From: Eledone cirrhosa
Taxonomy: Eukaryota
Assembly (NCBI GenBank): GCA_964016885.1
Contig: OZ024743.1
Location: forward strand, 152,086,001-152,150,000
DNA length: 64,000 nt
Direction: 5' to 3'
The notes below the pieces were generated by a model. It saw only the letters and a program-made list of their open reading frames with translations, was not told the DNA's origin and did no database searches. Positions 1-15,340 of the stretch are shown piece after piece; position 1 is the first letter of the stretch, and each line of letters begins with the position of its first letter. Position numbers and translations under genes: made by a program.

Positions 1-218
1 ATTGTAAAGTAGTTGTGTAGGCATCACAATGAAAAAGCACATAGTACTTACTGTAAATTAGGTTGACATTAGGAAGGGCATCCAGCTGTAGAACCCAAGC
101 CAAAATTAATTCTGAATGAGCAAGACATGGTTACCTGACATGGCATTGCTCAAATCAGGAACTCATCTAACCCATACTCACATGAAAAAAATGGATGTTA
201 AACGGTGATTATGATGAT
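1..218 (+). mobile_element. 3' tail of RTE LINE or RTE-dependent SINE
   Basis: Contains ttaggaagggcatccagctgtaga and ends ggatgttaaacggtgattatgatgat, matching the 3' ends of RTE copies elsewhere in the window. Confidence 0.7.
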
Positions 219-579
219 ATAAATGGAACAGATTTGTTTCTTTCACACATGTTATATTGAAAATACAATTCTACACAAGTTTGATTCTTTTTAATTGAAG
301 ATATTTTCATATTTTCTCATATATTTGGTTTGAAACAATAGCATTCCACTATCAATAAATCTATTCACATTTTTAGGTATTCTCAAACACCCATTCAGAA
401 TAAGAATGGTAATAATAGTGGTATATTGTTCACTTGCTATATAGTCATTGAAAAGTATCATGGTAGTATTAGTAAAATCATAGATTTAACATTTTTCAAT
501 AGCTGAAGCCTAGCAGTTTTTAGAATTGACTTTACATAATGTGTTAATCATATACTATACATACATGCATATATTTACA

Positions 580-720
580 TAACTTAGTAGTAAAAGCATT
601 AGGCTTTCAATCGTGAGGTTGTGAGTTCAATTCTCAGAGACCAGATGATGCACTGTGTCCTTCAGCAAGACACTTATTTCATGTTGCTCCAGTTTACTCA
701 GCTGTAGAAATGAGTCGTGA
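580..720 (+). mobile_element. tRNA-headed SINE family B, partial and diverged
   Basis: ggttgtgagttcaattctcaga...agcaagacacttatttcatgttgctccagtttactcagctgtagaaatgag matches 41220-41365. Confidence 0.75.
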
Positions 721-3700
721 TGCCACAGATGCTAAGCTGTATTGGCTATTATTTTTCCTTTAGAAAACATTGGTGGTGTGGAGAGGGGAGGCTGGTCTTC
801 TACAAACAACCTTGCCTGGACTTGTGCCTCACAAAGGAAATTTCCATGTGCAAATCCCATGGTGATTCATTTCCAAAGGGGGCCTTTACTCTTTATATAT
901 ATATATATATACTATGTTCAGCGAGGTTCTCTATCAGTGTATATTTAGCCTTTCAGTATTTGACCCTGGTAAAAGTGCAATGTTTAATCATGTTGTAAAT
1001 ACTATGTACAGAAGAGTTTTACATTTATTTCTCTGCTAATGTGGACCAAATGTTGCCACAATATATTTGCATACATATTTAGTTATTGTTAAATTAGAAT
1101 ACTTCTAACAATAACTAATAGTTCAGAACTGTTTAAGTTTAGTGAAGTAAATATGCAAGAAATCCTTATTTAACAGTATGACAAGTGATTGCTAATATTG
1201 ATGATTCAATATAAGATGTATGACTAATAACAACACTTTTCTAAGGTAGTAAGACAGCCCAAACCTATCATACTTTAAATAAAAATCTGAGTATGAAGAA
1301 ACTAGTGGTGGTCTGTGTAGAAAAAGATAATAATTTGATAAAGTTTGGAAATTTTGGTAAGTTTGTATGTCATGGAGAGAGATGATTACTGATATGAAAA
1401 AAGTTAATAGTTAGGATATCACATCAATGTGGTTTGGTTTGCAGATAAAAGTAAGCAGCAAATAAGAAGCAGACGTTGGTGGTCTGCATCAGCGAAAAAA
1501 TCATTTAATAAAAGTTGTATGTCAAGGGAAAATGTTAGTTCTGAAGTTTCAATCAAAGTCATTCTTCAGAGAAAAAATATTTAAAATTTTAGGTTAGCAA
1601 TGATAAAATAAATTTGCAGAATATATTAAATAACATGTAAAAATCAGTAAACTAGTGTTTGTTTCCATAGGCAAAAAATAATTTTAGAAACATTACAAAT
1701 AGGCCTATTTGCTCAGTGATACATCAGCATACTTTATTCTACCATCAAAAGATATCAAGTTTAAGAAGATCTAGCCACACTTAATGAGCTTCATTAGTTT
1801 AAAAAAGTATGCTGAATTAGATAAATTTAAATAATAAAAATAACCGAATTCTTAAACAGACATTATTTCTATTTGCATATTTTTAACGAATATACTTAAC
1901 GAACTAATCACTTTAGTCACTTTACTGACAATATTTTGAATGAAATACACTCTATTTTAATGAATTAACGAAGGAGTTTCAGGGTTTTACTAAAACTATC
2001 AATTATTTCATTACCAAGTTGTAACTAAGCACTACTTTCAATATACAAATGAAACTTTGTTCATTTTAACAATGAGTTTTCGAGCTGTTCAATCCCCAGA
2101 ACCACCTGCTCATTGAATTTGCATGTATGTGGTTGAGTATTGCACAGACACGTGTAACCTTAATGTAATTATCAGGCAGAATCAGCATGATGCAGTGTGA
2201 CAAGTCCTGATGCTTTAATTACATTCAATAGGTTTCTGTACAGTTTTCCATCTACCCAGTTTCCCTCACAATACTTATGGTAAAGGCACTTGCTCAGGAT
2301 TGGCATATCCTGGTTGGTTTTGATCTTCTGCCCTTCTTTAACTTGTTATATATTTTTGTCACCTCTTCATCCTTCTTGCTCTATCTGCACTAACCATTCA
2401 ATTCAGTTTATTGTCATTGTATACAAATACCATCCTTAAAACCTATCTGCATATGACAGTTCTTTTCATTTCATTCAGCTCAAAACATCCTTTCTCAGCA
2501 TATTTATCTTCAACTGCTGCAGATCTTCCATGCTTTTACAACACCAATATCCTCACCACTGCCACCATATTCAACTAACCAACTTTGCTATATAATATTT
2601 CTAAAACCTGCATTGTTGATATTTTTTTTTTTTCTGATGTGAATCTTCGTCTACAATGGGAAACTCCTAGAGTCATAATATTTTTTGGTGGATGTTGTTA
2701 CATCACTGATTAGATTAGCTAAATAATAGGATTTCTTCTATATTTCCAGGGAAATATTAATAGTTTTTCCTTCCATCTGACACACAGGCCAAATATTTAT
2801 AGTTTTCCTTCCATCAAACAAACAGACCAAGGTTATTTGCATCTCCAATTACGTAGCTACATTCAATTGCACATAAAAAAAAGTTGATTCAAAGTGCTTC
2901 TCTACTTGAAATATCTTAATAACTATATCTGTTTACTACTTTCTTAGCTGAGTATTATGTTTCTAACTATCTCCTTTCTACAAGCGACTTAAACAGACCA
3001 ATTTTGGAGCTTGTTACATGATTGCATAGCCTCCTCATCTAAATTAATTAAATGCTTTGACTAGAGGTAAAATATTCAAGATAGAACATACTTATTCACA
3101 AAGTATGTTCATGGGTTAAGTGCTAGATTTGACCTATCAACATACATTTTACCAAATATGTCAAAAACAATTTCCAATTCCTAAAATTTTTAACTATTAT
3201 TTTTCTGGTTTCAACAATTGAACATAGCCTTGAAGATTGTAGTCAATTATATTGCTTTGATTACCTGACTATTTCTTATTTTACTGACCCATGAAGGTAA
3301 GCAATAGGATAATGACCTAGAAATGATTTGAACTATGTGTGTAGACGGTTGTAGTCATAACCAAATACCACAGGCATTTTATTCAATGCTGAACCAAAGT
3401 TTTAGCATTTCCCTGGCAGGTTATTGAGCCCCCCTCGTGCTCCTCCTGATCTCTCACATAACAGGTGGCAATATTTACAACCGTACTACCAATACATTAA
3501 CAACATTTTCTTTTAGTGGTTTTAGCCATAAGTACCACCTTCAAAGGATTTTATTGACATATATTAATCACAGTAGTTGTCTGATACTTATTTTACCAAA
3601 CTAGGGAGTAAGAAAGGTAAGGTTCATCAGTGCATAAATGAACATAATCAGAATATACATTGATGTAACCACAAGATTTTTTTTATTCAATGATTCAGCC

Positions 3701-3789
3701 TCTTCTGTTATCCTAGCCTATATCTCCAATAAACACACACACACACACACACACATACACACACACACACACATATATATATTTGTCAT

Positions 3790-3881
3790 TTTTGCCTTTC
3801 ATCCTTACGGGGTTGATAAAATAAAGTACCAGTAATGCACTGGGTATTGCTGGCCTTGTGCCTAAAGTAGAAACAATTATT
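3790..3881 (+). mobile_element. SINE family A, 5'-truncated
   Basis: tttgcctttcatccttacggggttgataaaataaagtaccag...gtagaaacaattat, nearly identical to the 3' half of 26169-26353. Confidence 0.85.
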
Positions 3882-4787
3882 GTTCGACCTCTGTCGTTTT
3901 CCAATGACAAGTTCTCTAGTTGATTGAATTAAAAGAATTGCCTGCTTGTGAAGTTAAAGTGTAAGTAAAGCATTTTACAAACAAATGCACACAATGTAGT
4001 TGTCATGGAAATTCAGCATGATAAAATGTGTGACAAAGGCTGCCCCTTAAATTGCAGGTACAAGATACAACTCATCCTATAAAATGACATACAACCAGTA
4101 AAAACATAGGGTAGTGAGTGCTCTTCAATCAAGTCAATAACTTGAAAACCTCTCTGTTACTAGTGACATGATCAAATGCACCCAATACACCACTCTGTAA
4201 GGTGATTGGTGTTAGAAAGGGCATCCAGCTGTAGAAACCTTCTTAAAAAGGGTTGAGGAGACACTTCAGCTTCACCTATGACATGAAAAATGTTCCCCCT
4301 AGTTCTGGTGCCATGATAAAATGCACCCAGCACACTCATAAGGTTTTTATCAACCCATGGTTACAGTAATAATAATTTCCCAAGATACTGCACAGTGGAA
4401 TCCAACTTGAAAACATATGATTGCCCACATAATTTATAATATCTTCCATGGAAATGAGGCACAGTTGATATTTTTGTAATCCAATTAAGTTTTAATGTCT
4501 GTCTTCAATGTCACTTTATAAAGTGTTTTGTAACAATCACTTGTTCATGAATAAACAGTGCATAATCTTATGATACCAACATGCTTAAAACGGCATTTAT
4601 TTGTATGAAACAAAAATAACCATTTTAAAGGGTTCCTATTTGAATTTAAATTATCCACCACAAATTTGATATAAGATTCTTTTGTTAAATTTGTTACAAA
4701 TACCAACCTAATAATGAAATAAGAATGTTAATACATCCATCCAAATTATCCATTAATTAATTTAAATAGAGTGTATTTCTTTAGAAA

Positions 4788-6681
4788 TCATCATCATCAT
4801 CATCATCACCGTTTTACATCCGTTCTTCCACGCTAGCATGGGTTAGACGGGTTGTCTTGTTGTGTGCAGTGTCTGGTCGGCTGACCTTGTCTTGCTTATA
4901 CGGGAACTGATTCTAACTTGATTTCTACAGCTGGATGCCCTTCCTAACACCAACCTCATTTACAGTGAGTGCTGGGTGCTTTTTCGTGGCGCCTATACGT
5001 CCACTTTACAGTGTGGGCTGGGTGCTTTTTTGCCGTGGCACCTCCACGACCACCTTGCGGTGGGGGGAGTGGGGCATATTGTTTATATGCTTCAGCATGT
5101 ACTCATGGGAGGTCGGGTACTCTGTATTACTGCGTGACGCCAGAAGTCACGGTCGTGTGTCATTGTCTTTGAGAGGTGTAATTGGGTAAGGTCAGCTTTT
5201 ATCACCTCATCCCAGGTCATCTTGGGTCTCCCCACTCCGCGGTTTCCATCAACTTCTAGTGCTCTGCACCTTTTTATGCAGCTGTCATCCTTCATACGCA
5301 TCACATGTCCATACCAGCGCAACCGCCTCTCCTGCACACAGCATTTGATTCCTCTTATGCTCAGTCTCTCTCTCAATTCATTTATGCTTTGTCGTTCACG
5401 TATATTACTGTTACACATCCATCGGAGCATGCAGGCTTCGTTTCTCTCTAATCTACGTAAGTCTTCCACCTTCAGCGCCCAGGTCTCACTACCATGCAAC
5501 ATCGCTGTTCGGATACACGCATCATACAGTCTGCCTTTCATTCTGAGGGAGAAGCCTTTTGCAGCTAGCAGTGGTAGTAGTTCCCTAAACTTCTTCCATC
5601 CCGTTCTTACCCTAGTTATTGTACTTTCTGAACACCCACCTCCGTTGCTAATTCGGTCACCTAGGTAGCAGAAGCTGTCTACTGTTTCTACAGGGCCCTC
5701 CCAGAGATTGGTGGTACTTGTTTCCTGTGGCTGTTTGCTGCTTGCTGTTTCAGCACAGCTGCTGCATGTGAAGCCTACATTCTTAATTAAGCTTCCTGAG
5801 ATCCCGCTACATCTCTTGTGTACCCATTGTTTGCATTTGGGGCAGAGAATGGAGTTCCTACCTACACCTTTCCTACATACTGAGCAAGGCCATTTCCCTG
5901 AGGGGATCTGGGTTCTGTTTTCTCATCTACTTACAAGGACCTTAGTCTTTGTCATGTTGACTTTGAAACCCTTTCTCTCTAGTCCCTGCTTCCAGGTTTG
6001 GAATTTATTCTCTAGTTCTATCATAGATTCAGCTATGAGTGCGAGGTCATCAGCATACAGGAGTTCCCATGGGCATCCGGTCTTAAATTCCTCCGTTATT
6101 GCCTGCAGGACTATGATGAACAGGAGAGGGCTAAGAACAGAGCCCTGGTGGACCCCAACCTGTACGCTAAATTCCTTGCTATACTCATTGCTAATCCTAA
6201 CTTTGCTGACTGCTCCCCTATACATGGCTTGTACTGCTTTCACAAGCCATTCATCTACTCCTAGTTTTCTAAGAGCCCACCAGATTACAGCACGTGGAAC
6301 TCTGTCAAAGGCTTTCTCAAGGTCGACAAATGCCAAGTAGAGTGGCTTACTTTTAGCTAGGTACTTTTCCTGTAATTGCCTCACAAGGAAGAGGGCATCA
6401 GTGGTGCCTCTTCCTGGTACAAACCCAAATTGCATCTCGTCTATATTCACCCGGTCCCTAATCAGCTGTGCTATAACTCTTTCTGTTACTTTCATGACCT
6501 GGTCCATCAACTTTATACCTCTATAGTTTCCTCTATCTAGTGCGTCGCCTTTGCCTTTGTAGCAGTTGACAATGATGCTACTGCACCAATCTTTTGGTAT
6601 GGCCCCTTCTAGTATTACCTGGTTAACGATACGTGTGGTTATAGTGTGACCTACAGACCCAGATGCCTTAAATATGGTCAC
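4788..6681 (-). mobile_element. RTE-clade LINE (subfamily A), 5'-truncated; RT pseudogene
   Basis: ORF 5923-6681 has RT motifs (NYRGIKL, QFGFVPGRGTTDA, FVDLEKAFDRV, GVHQGSVLSPLLF, LLYADDLAL). ORF 5092-5541 has the RTE C-terminus (LHGSETW, RRLRWYGHV, GRPK.TW). (CAT)n tail at 4788-4808. Frameshifted. Confidence 0.95.
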
Positions 6682-7689
6682 AAAAGAGTTAACATTTTAT
6701 GTAGCATACGATTCATAATACCAATAAAGATTTATATTTATGTCTATGTTGGCAACGTTCTTGAATACAATTATATACTTGGGCATAGCATTTGTGTATA
6801 CTTCTCCTATATCTTCTAAAGGAGATATGTGCAGCAGTTCCAATGTTGCAAAGAACATCATCAAATTCTTCACAAGGAATGTTTTTGTTTTTTTTAGTTG
6901 GTTGTATAACATGTGTGCATGAAACATATTATACAACATATAAATACTATCTAGATTGTGCTTAAGCTTCTGTTCCATTCTTTACTTCTACAATGGAATC
7001 TGTCATATCAATGACTCAGTCGAAGTATTAAGTTATATTTTTTATTCTTTTTATATCAATGAAATAGATTGTTTATATAGCGCAGATTAAAATCAAACCA
7101 AAATTACTAAAAATAAATAAGGAAAGCAAATATTATTTAATTGTTGATTATTTTACAAAAAGGACTGAAGCTTAATAAAATCTGAAATTTCTCAATATAA
7201 CATTTCAGTGGCTACAGATAAAGATTCTATGAGACAGCAGTCATACAGATTTAACAGAGAGGGATATGTGGGGGTGGTGATGAAGATATGATCTATATTT
7301 AAAAAAAGATTTCTTCTATAAATATGGGATCTCTTCATATAACATACAACATTGTGTTAAGGAAAATAATATTCATAGATAAAATATTAACTTTGTCAAA
7401 CTTTTCTAAAAAAAAACCTCAATATTTGTAAAATGCTTCTACAAAGAAATTCTTTCTAATATTACTTTTTCAATGACACTTTCAAATATTTTTAATCTTT
7501 AAAAACTGTTCATTGATTCATTTTAGAATTCATTCACAAACCCTTCAAATTTGTATTTATTTACTTGACCTTCAACAACAGCTTACTGAAGTGAAGAGAA
7601 AATCTTTGAAACAGAATTTCTATGAGATTATAGAAGAAATAAAAACTAAATGAATTGATTAAAAATAAAGACAACCTCCTCCTCCTCGT

Positions 7690-9530
7690 TTTTTGATCTG
7701 GATCAATCTTCAATTGATTCAGCTGGATTCCTAGGCGAGACCAGCTAAGCTCATGCATGTTATCCAACCATATTGCTCAGGCTCTACCCTTGGGCCTCTT
7801 GCTAGATAGTTTTACTCATAAAATCTGTCCAGTGATTCTTTCCTGAGACATTCAAACCAGATATCCATAATATCAGAGCTGTGATCTCTCAATTTGGAGA
7901 AGTAGCATCTATACCTAGAGCCCCCCCCCCCTCGCTCTATTGAGTAACATTACTTTAAAGGACCTTCAGAGGAACCCTATTTCATCCACTTGTATTCTCA
8001 ATCATATTCCTTTGGTCATTACTCAAGATTCATAACCATAGGTAAGGGTTGGCATGAATACCAAACTGAAAACAGCAAGTTTGGTTTTTACACCGACCTC
8101 CCTTCTGATGACTGAATGCTGAAGCTGACACATTACTGCACCAGCTCCAGCAATTCTTCACTTAATTCAGCCTCATGCCTTTCATCACTCATGAACATGG
8201 CCCCAAGATACTTGAACTTCTTCACCTGAGTCAATGGAATTCCATTCACATGTAGAGGGAACTGTGCAGACTTTCTAAAGAGGATGAGTGTATCAGTTTT
8301 CACAGTATGGATTTTCATTCCTGTCATGCAGCACCCAGCCACTAACTTATCAAGTGCATGTCAGAGATCACTTTCTGTCTAGGTAAATAATACTATGTCA
8401 TCCACAAATTCCACTCGACTGATCCTACATCTGCCAGTTTCGATTCCACTTCCAAATTGGCAGCACATGTCAATCCAGTCTTAGATGATTATGAAAGGAG
8501 AGTTGACAGAATGCACTCTTAGCAGAGTCTGACATCCACATTGAATGGTTTCGAATTAACACAAATCCTAGGGCATTCATATAGAGACATCAAGGCAACA
8601 AGAAGCTGCCCATTTATCTCATATACCTGCAGAACCATACACAACAGTCCCATGAAACATAGGCATATGACTTTCATGATCTATGAAACAAGCATACACA
8701 TCTTGGAAATATTCCCATGAATTCTCAAAGACCTTCCACAGTGAGAATATTGTGGGAATACTGTTCATCAGCAAGCTTAGACTCAACAAGCTCCCTACAT
8801 CTTTTTGCTTGACACTTAGCATAGACTTTACCGGGGAAGCTTAATATAATTGGAGCAACCTCTCTTGTCTCCCATTTTGGGATTATCACTTCTGATTACC
8901 ATTGCTTAGGTGCTTTTCCAGATATCCAGGTTCCTCAGCACACATGAGTCAGCCAGAGAGTACCTTCTCTATGTAAGGCTTTTAACATCTTGAGTTGAAT
9001 TTCATCCTCCCCAGAGCTGTTCTGCTAGAGAAGGGCTTGCAGGTGGCAGATAGAAATTTGGCAACCAGATATTATGGTTATTTGCAATATAAGTGGGCTC
9101 ATGCCAGACAAATAAGCAGCCCTGGAGCAACATCAATAACCTACTTGAGAAAATCGAGCAATGTGGGATACTGTTAGCTTTCAAGAAAACTCTCTGAACC
9201 TAGTGATATAGCTACGATGAGGTGAGTAAAGGCCACCTCTAAAACAGCCTAGTATTCACAGGTTTGAGAAAAGTACAACGTTGGCGACTGGCACAAATGA
9301 AACCACCAAAACACTGCAATATAGCCAGAAATAGTAAAGACATCCATACTGCATCGTCCTTCACGTGGGATAACAATGGATATGTTCAAGCCTTAGGTTG
9401 TGAGGCTTGTTAAAAAATATATTGCAGTCTCCACCCAATGTTGCAAAAACTAACAATGGGTCTTTGACCTGTCCTGGTAGGTGTTAGGTGGAAGTATAAT
9501 GGTTATGTATCCCAAGACACCAGAGAGGGT
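7690..9530 (-). mobile_element. Decayed RTE LINE of a different lineage (Expander/Rex3-like C-terminus)
   Basis: Translated fragments ACFIDHE, QVKKFKYLGAMF and WLDNMHELSWSRLGI. Many stops. The upstream boundary is approximate. Confidence 0.7.
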
Positions 9531-10349
9531 TTGGAAGGGAGCAAAATAGACAATAACATTATTTCTCAATTGTTAAATATTCTACAAAATGAAAAGAGAA
9601 TAATGCAACTGATATTCTCTCCCCTGCAATGTATAGCCAATGAGAAATAACTTTTCATTAAATTGAATGAGAAGATAGAGAAATCATTAAATTTAAGAAA
9701 TAAATAAATAAGAATAAAACACATTATAGAGTATAAATTAGGTGATAGTGAATTTCAGAAAGATATATGGGCAGGAGTAATGAAAACTGTTCTCAGGAGG
9801 CTGAACCTCACAAAGGAAATGACAAAGGAATGCAGTGGGTGTTGTGATGCTATTTTGTTGTGGACAAAGGAAAGAGACATGTAGGGAGATGCTGTACTGG
9901 AGAGGAATCATCAACACATTCAAACATGGAAAAATGAGTGTAAAAATGATGATGGTGATAATGATGATTTACGAACCATTTTTTAAAACAATTTCTACAA
10001 ATCTTTGTTTAATTTATCAAATAACAATATCTCATAGCACTGCCTATTTTAGCACCAATAAAATTTGTCATGAGTAATGCTGATTGAAAACATATATGAA
10101 TATTGGTACACACATTTAAAGAGATACATGCCTAAACACCTTATCAGTATTCTTTTAATATGTATATGTTTTCTATGCTGACATACAAAGATAGGTTTTC
10201 AATATACCATCTTTCCAAATGTCTTCCTTAACAGTCATACTGCTCTTGATTCAATATTCACAGATATAATATTTCTCAAGTCTCACTTCATCCATTCCTC
10301 CAGTTTAAAACAATTACTCATTCAGTATATGTCATCCAGATATATTTAA

Positions 10350-11300
10350 TATACAAATCTGTAGTTGTATCACTATGTACCATCAATTATCTAATGCCTT
10401 TAGCTTGCTGTCACTGTAAATGACTTTGCCTATCCCTTTAGTAAGCTGATATTACACATTCAATGCACACTATACATCACATATCTGTAGTGTGTATTGA
10501 TAGAATTCTCTCTGACTCATTATCAACTCTTAAGATGGGTTTTGTCCTCCACATTCTTCCTTTTATACATCAAAAATCTACTTGATCCTTTCATCAATAA
10601 GGCTTACACCTTTACAAAAGATACCATACTTTATTCCTCTCTAATCTTCGGCATCTAAGTACCATCCACATGTAACCTACATACCTAACACCAAACTTGC
10701 ATTGACTCCAGAAACAAAGACCTCAAAAATACCCTTTAATGGTGCCATGCCAATTTTGTCTCCTTAAAATTCAAAATGGCACAATCACTATACATATTAA
10801 GAATAAATTATCATACCCACCAAATGTAAACATGAACACCATGCAACAAGAATACTGAAATTCACAAGTGTTATGTCTCCTTCCAAATGTATATCCTCAA
10901 TATATCAGAAACCATAAAAAAAAAATGGCTTCCTTTTCAGATCCAGAACATTCTTCAAAACCCAGCAACTACTAATCCTCTACAATGCAGTGCTGGAACT
11001 GTATTGCTGATATACATACAGATATGTTAGACCACATACAAAACTAGGTTACCCAACTGGTTGGCATGCAATCAGTTGTCAACACACTGCAGCATCTGGC
11101 TCACAAGTATATTGGCTCCATTGTCTGGTTTGTTAAGGCGCCTACAGTGGCCTCTGCTTATGACTGCTTGTATGCCAACTCCATTTGCATACTCTCAGCT
11201 CACTAATTTATTCTCCTCTCACCAACTTTATTATGTAAATCTCCCCACCCTCAAACCCTACACTATTATACTCTCTTCTTCTTCTTGTTCCTCTGTGTCA
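10350..11300 (+). mobile_element. Highly decayed CR1/Jockey-group LINE 3' fragment
   Basis: C/A-rich strand bias with remnant RT C-terminal-like stretches (around ctaatcctctacaatgcagtgctggaactgtattgc). No intact ORF. Confidence 0.35.
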
Positions 11301-12561
11301 CCTCTTTGTTTTGATCTTGTTCCAGCAAAAATAGTAATCGAGGAGGTTATAGAATGTGTGACTACAGAGTTTTGACAATTAATTATGGTAATTAAATAAC
11401 CATCAGGTTATTAAACTAACCAAGGAGTAGATTGGTTATCCAACTAATAATAAAACTGTAATGAAACTCAATTGGTGCATGTGATTTTATTTGCAACATG
11501 ACCCCTTCCCACACACACACTAAAATATATATATATTTTTTTATACAAGCCACCAAAGTCTGGCACTGATTCTATGAAACAAAGCTACACATTTTAAAGG
11601 GTTACTACTTCCAGTATAATTTTATATCAGACCATTTTGTTATGTTACAAATACCATCTTAGGTAAATCTTAATGAAAATATAATTTTAATAAATCATTC
11701 CCAAATTATTCATTAATTAACAAATAAAAAATAAAATATTTCATTAGAAATATGGTGGTAGAAGGGTTAAAATGTATAAATTAGCAATGTATAAATTCAA
11801 GGATTGTATCATGATAATTTTACTTGAACTATAAACTTTATCAATAAAACTATATTTTAAAACCATATTTTTAAAACTATATTTTAAAACTCTTGCAATT
11901 TGAAACAGCATTTAAATTTGAAACATAAATTAAAGAAAAAACACAACCAAAAATATCCTTTAGCATATTTTAGACGTGCTGGTAATAAGGGATGGACATT
12001 GGAGTAAGTCATAAGCCATTTCACCGACACTGTTCCATAACTCCTAAGTGTGTATGAGTGCCATCAAGACATCTGGCTTGCCATTTTAAATCTCGTGGTA
12101 CCCATTATTCCCCAGGTTAGACCATAGCATATTTCTTCTAGAGAAAGTGAGAATTGACCTTAGTATTGGATTTTTTTTATTTATTTATGAACTCCAAAGA
12201 GCAGGAATGAATACTGCGACACATTCTATTTGATTGCCAATTCACCACCATACAATAAACCAGTTACAAGAAAAAATAAACATGAAGTAAATGGAAAGAA
12301 AACAAATAAAATGTATTCAATATGCACTTGCACTGTCTAGAAGTTCAATTATAGAAAATATTGGAAATACGAAATTAATTATGTTCAATTGATTTTTTTT
12401 AGAATTAAAACAAAACAGTTAGAAAGTTTTCTAATAAGTAATATATGATATATAATATCGAATGAGTAGAAGTAAACTAATATAAAATTTCTACTTACAG
12501 ACTAACTAATGATTAGGAAAGTAAAAGTTAATCATTATTAATTCACACTCAACTGATTAAA

Positions 12562-12681
<120 letters not shown>

Positions 12682-15169
12682 GCAGATGTGCATACATAAA
12701 CATATATATATATATACAGACACATATGCATAGTTTCATTATTCTGTGTTTGCATTTTGTAGAAAATAGTTTTGCTGAAGTAGTTATTTCCCACTCATAT
12801 ATAAATTCATATAACAATTAGCTTAATTATGCTTTCTCAATTTCATTTGCTTCTACAGTAGTATGAAAAAATAATATGATCTGTACTGCATGCTCAGCAA
12901 AGCGCAGGTCATGAAGTTCTGTCTAACTAGCTGACTGCCTAGTAAAAGACACTGGCTTCATTTCAGCATTGCTTCACTAATAATTACTGAGTAGAAGGGC
13001 TAAGGCTTATTAGGTAAGCAGCAGCGTGTCTCTAAAGTAATTATAGACTGTTGAAACAATGTGTGAGGAATCATCGACAAAATTGATTCAGCTAACCTTT
13101 CATCAACACCTGTTATGAACAATTTCAAAGAGAAAGAAGAGCTATTGACCCACTTCACAGAATAACAAAGTAAATGACAGAAATTAAAGCCAACTTTGAA
13201 TGTTGAAAATGAAAGTGTTTAAGTCTTTGGTGACCATAATTTAAACAAGGAAACACTGTTTAGGTTATCCAATAAATTTACAAAAACCTCAAGAATTTAA
13301 ATGTATTTAGTTAATTAACTGTAATTATTACAACACACACATGTGTGTGTGTGTTGTAGCAATTAAAAGTGGAGGATTTCCTGCATCGATATTTACTCTG
13401 AATATCTCAATTTTGTTCATTTTATCATGTGCAGAAGAGAAAGATTCTTAATCACAGAGAGAATTCATCACTTTCCTAGCTGAAAAAACTTACAAAAGTG
13501 AGAATTTACAAATAATGATGGAGTGATCAACAACCTCTGTTCAATAAATAAAACCACTATATACATATATAAATACTGATTGCATTAATCTGAAGTTTGA
13601 AATATCACTTGCTAAAATCTTACATATGTAAGAACAAGATTTTAGTGGAGAATTTGAATAATTTATATATGAATGCCTTTAATGTGGGTTTTTGAACAAA
13701 TTTATAGCATTCAACCTGAAGCAATCTCAAGCAGATTGGTATTAAAAAAAGTATCAAATTTTTTCTAATGGCTACCAGTTGTAAATAATCCACTCCAAAC
13801 AGAAACACAACAGCAAATATTCTCACAAACAAACCCAAACTGGCAGATATATGACCACACTGGGAGAGAAAATATTGAAAAAGGATAAAGGAATCTTGAG
13901 AAGAGAAATTAATTAACAAAAATTGAAAGAAAACAATTGAAAAGATTTTAAAAAATCAATAATAAAAGCCATTACAGAAATAATAGAGCAATATATTAAT
14001 TGAAATTTCATTTCGTAAATAGATATCACAAAAACTACCCCTTTTTAAACAAGATGTATTTAATACAGAACAAGAGAAAAACTGCTCAATAAAATTAGTG
14101 ATATAAAAGTCTTTTGTACAGAGCATAATAAAGAAAATCACAGTGCTATAGCAGAGTTAGAATAATTTGAGCAAATGAAAACTTAGAGATAATGATACTA
14201 CTTTGTGTTGGTATAAACATTAATAGTACATATCTTCCCAAAATTACAGGCGTAAAACTAAGAATAAAATTAGAGGGATAAACATTCAAAAGAATAGAAA
14301 GAATTGCTATTTATGAAGGGAGTAGGTTACCAGTGCTGTTGGCATTGAATGATGTTGAATGCATTGTAGTAGGTCATTATTTATAACTATTTCCATTATC
14401 TTAGACATGATTGAGGCAAGAGTAATTGGCAGATAATTATAAGAGGAGTACACAGTTGAATACTTCTATATTTAGTGTTACATGCTTTTCAGAATGAGAA
14501 AGAGAAAAAGGGATCCGATAGTTTTCTGAGAATGCACACCAGCTTAAGACATTCTGCTTGATAAAATGTTAAGAAAAATATAAAATAATATGTTGGCACA
14601 AGAAGACTCTAAATTTAATCAGGACTCAAGAAAATAGAATACAAATTGGAATTAAAATCTCAGTATGAATCAAGATCAAAAGCAACCATTGTCCTTAAAA
14701 ATGGAGAAATATTTTGATTTGGAAAGTATATTTAAAAGCAATATTTTATGAATAATTCAAAATTTGTAATTCTGAAGTTGTGTTTTATACATTCAGTATA
14801 TTCTGTTCATTTCTATTTTATAAAAACTATTCCCCACAACATATTTCACTCTAACATAAATAACTATTATGTGAACTTATCTCTAAACATTAATAAGTTT
14901 TGTTAAAACACATAAAAGATAAATTAAATTCATATATCTAGTGAAAATTATATTTAATAGCCATCAGTCATATGAGTTTTGGATTTATTAAGTTTAATTA
15001 AAGATAATTGTGTAGAAAGTGGGGACATAAACATTTTATTTTCAGTAATCTTAATATGTACTAGTTGAAAAATATCAGATTTCTGGATAGAAGAGCAAAA
15101 AGCTTTTCTACTAAAATGATAGCAAATATTTCACCTTCAGTTTCTTATGCTGTTCCTGAAATATCCAAT

Positions 15170-15340
15170 GCTAATTAGGCTAAGGAGAAAAAATAACATT
15201 CACTTGAAATATTTACAGCTAATTAGGTTAAAATGGAAAACAATATTTACCTGAAATATATACAACTAATTAGGTTAAAATGAAAAAGTGCTTGAAATAT
15301 GTACAACTAATTAGGCTAAAAAGCATTTACCTGAAACATG
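15170..15340. repeat. Degenerate ~45-bp tandem repeat, 4 units with CTAATTAGG core
   Basis: ctaattagg at 15171, 15219, 15266 and 15307, with tgaaa(t/c)at in each spacer. Confidence 0.85.

Noticed and set aside
1540-1572. Minus-strand CTGAAGA...GAAAC hammerhead-like motif
   Set aside because: Stem II barely pairs, and there is no NUH triplet with stem III.
2752-2830. ~39-bp imperfect tandem duplication
   Set aside because: Ordinary slippage duplication within a decayed RTE-like region.
5222-6340. Plus-strand ORFs of 148 and 210 aa (and similar at 33.7, 35.0, 47.6, 57.4 kb)
   Set aside because: Antisense shadows of the RTE RT frame.
15170-15340. Repeat-spacer look resembling CRISPR
   Set aside because: Eukaryotic context, spacers are homologous to each other, the core is only 9 bp and there are no cas genes.
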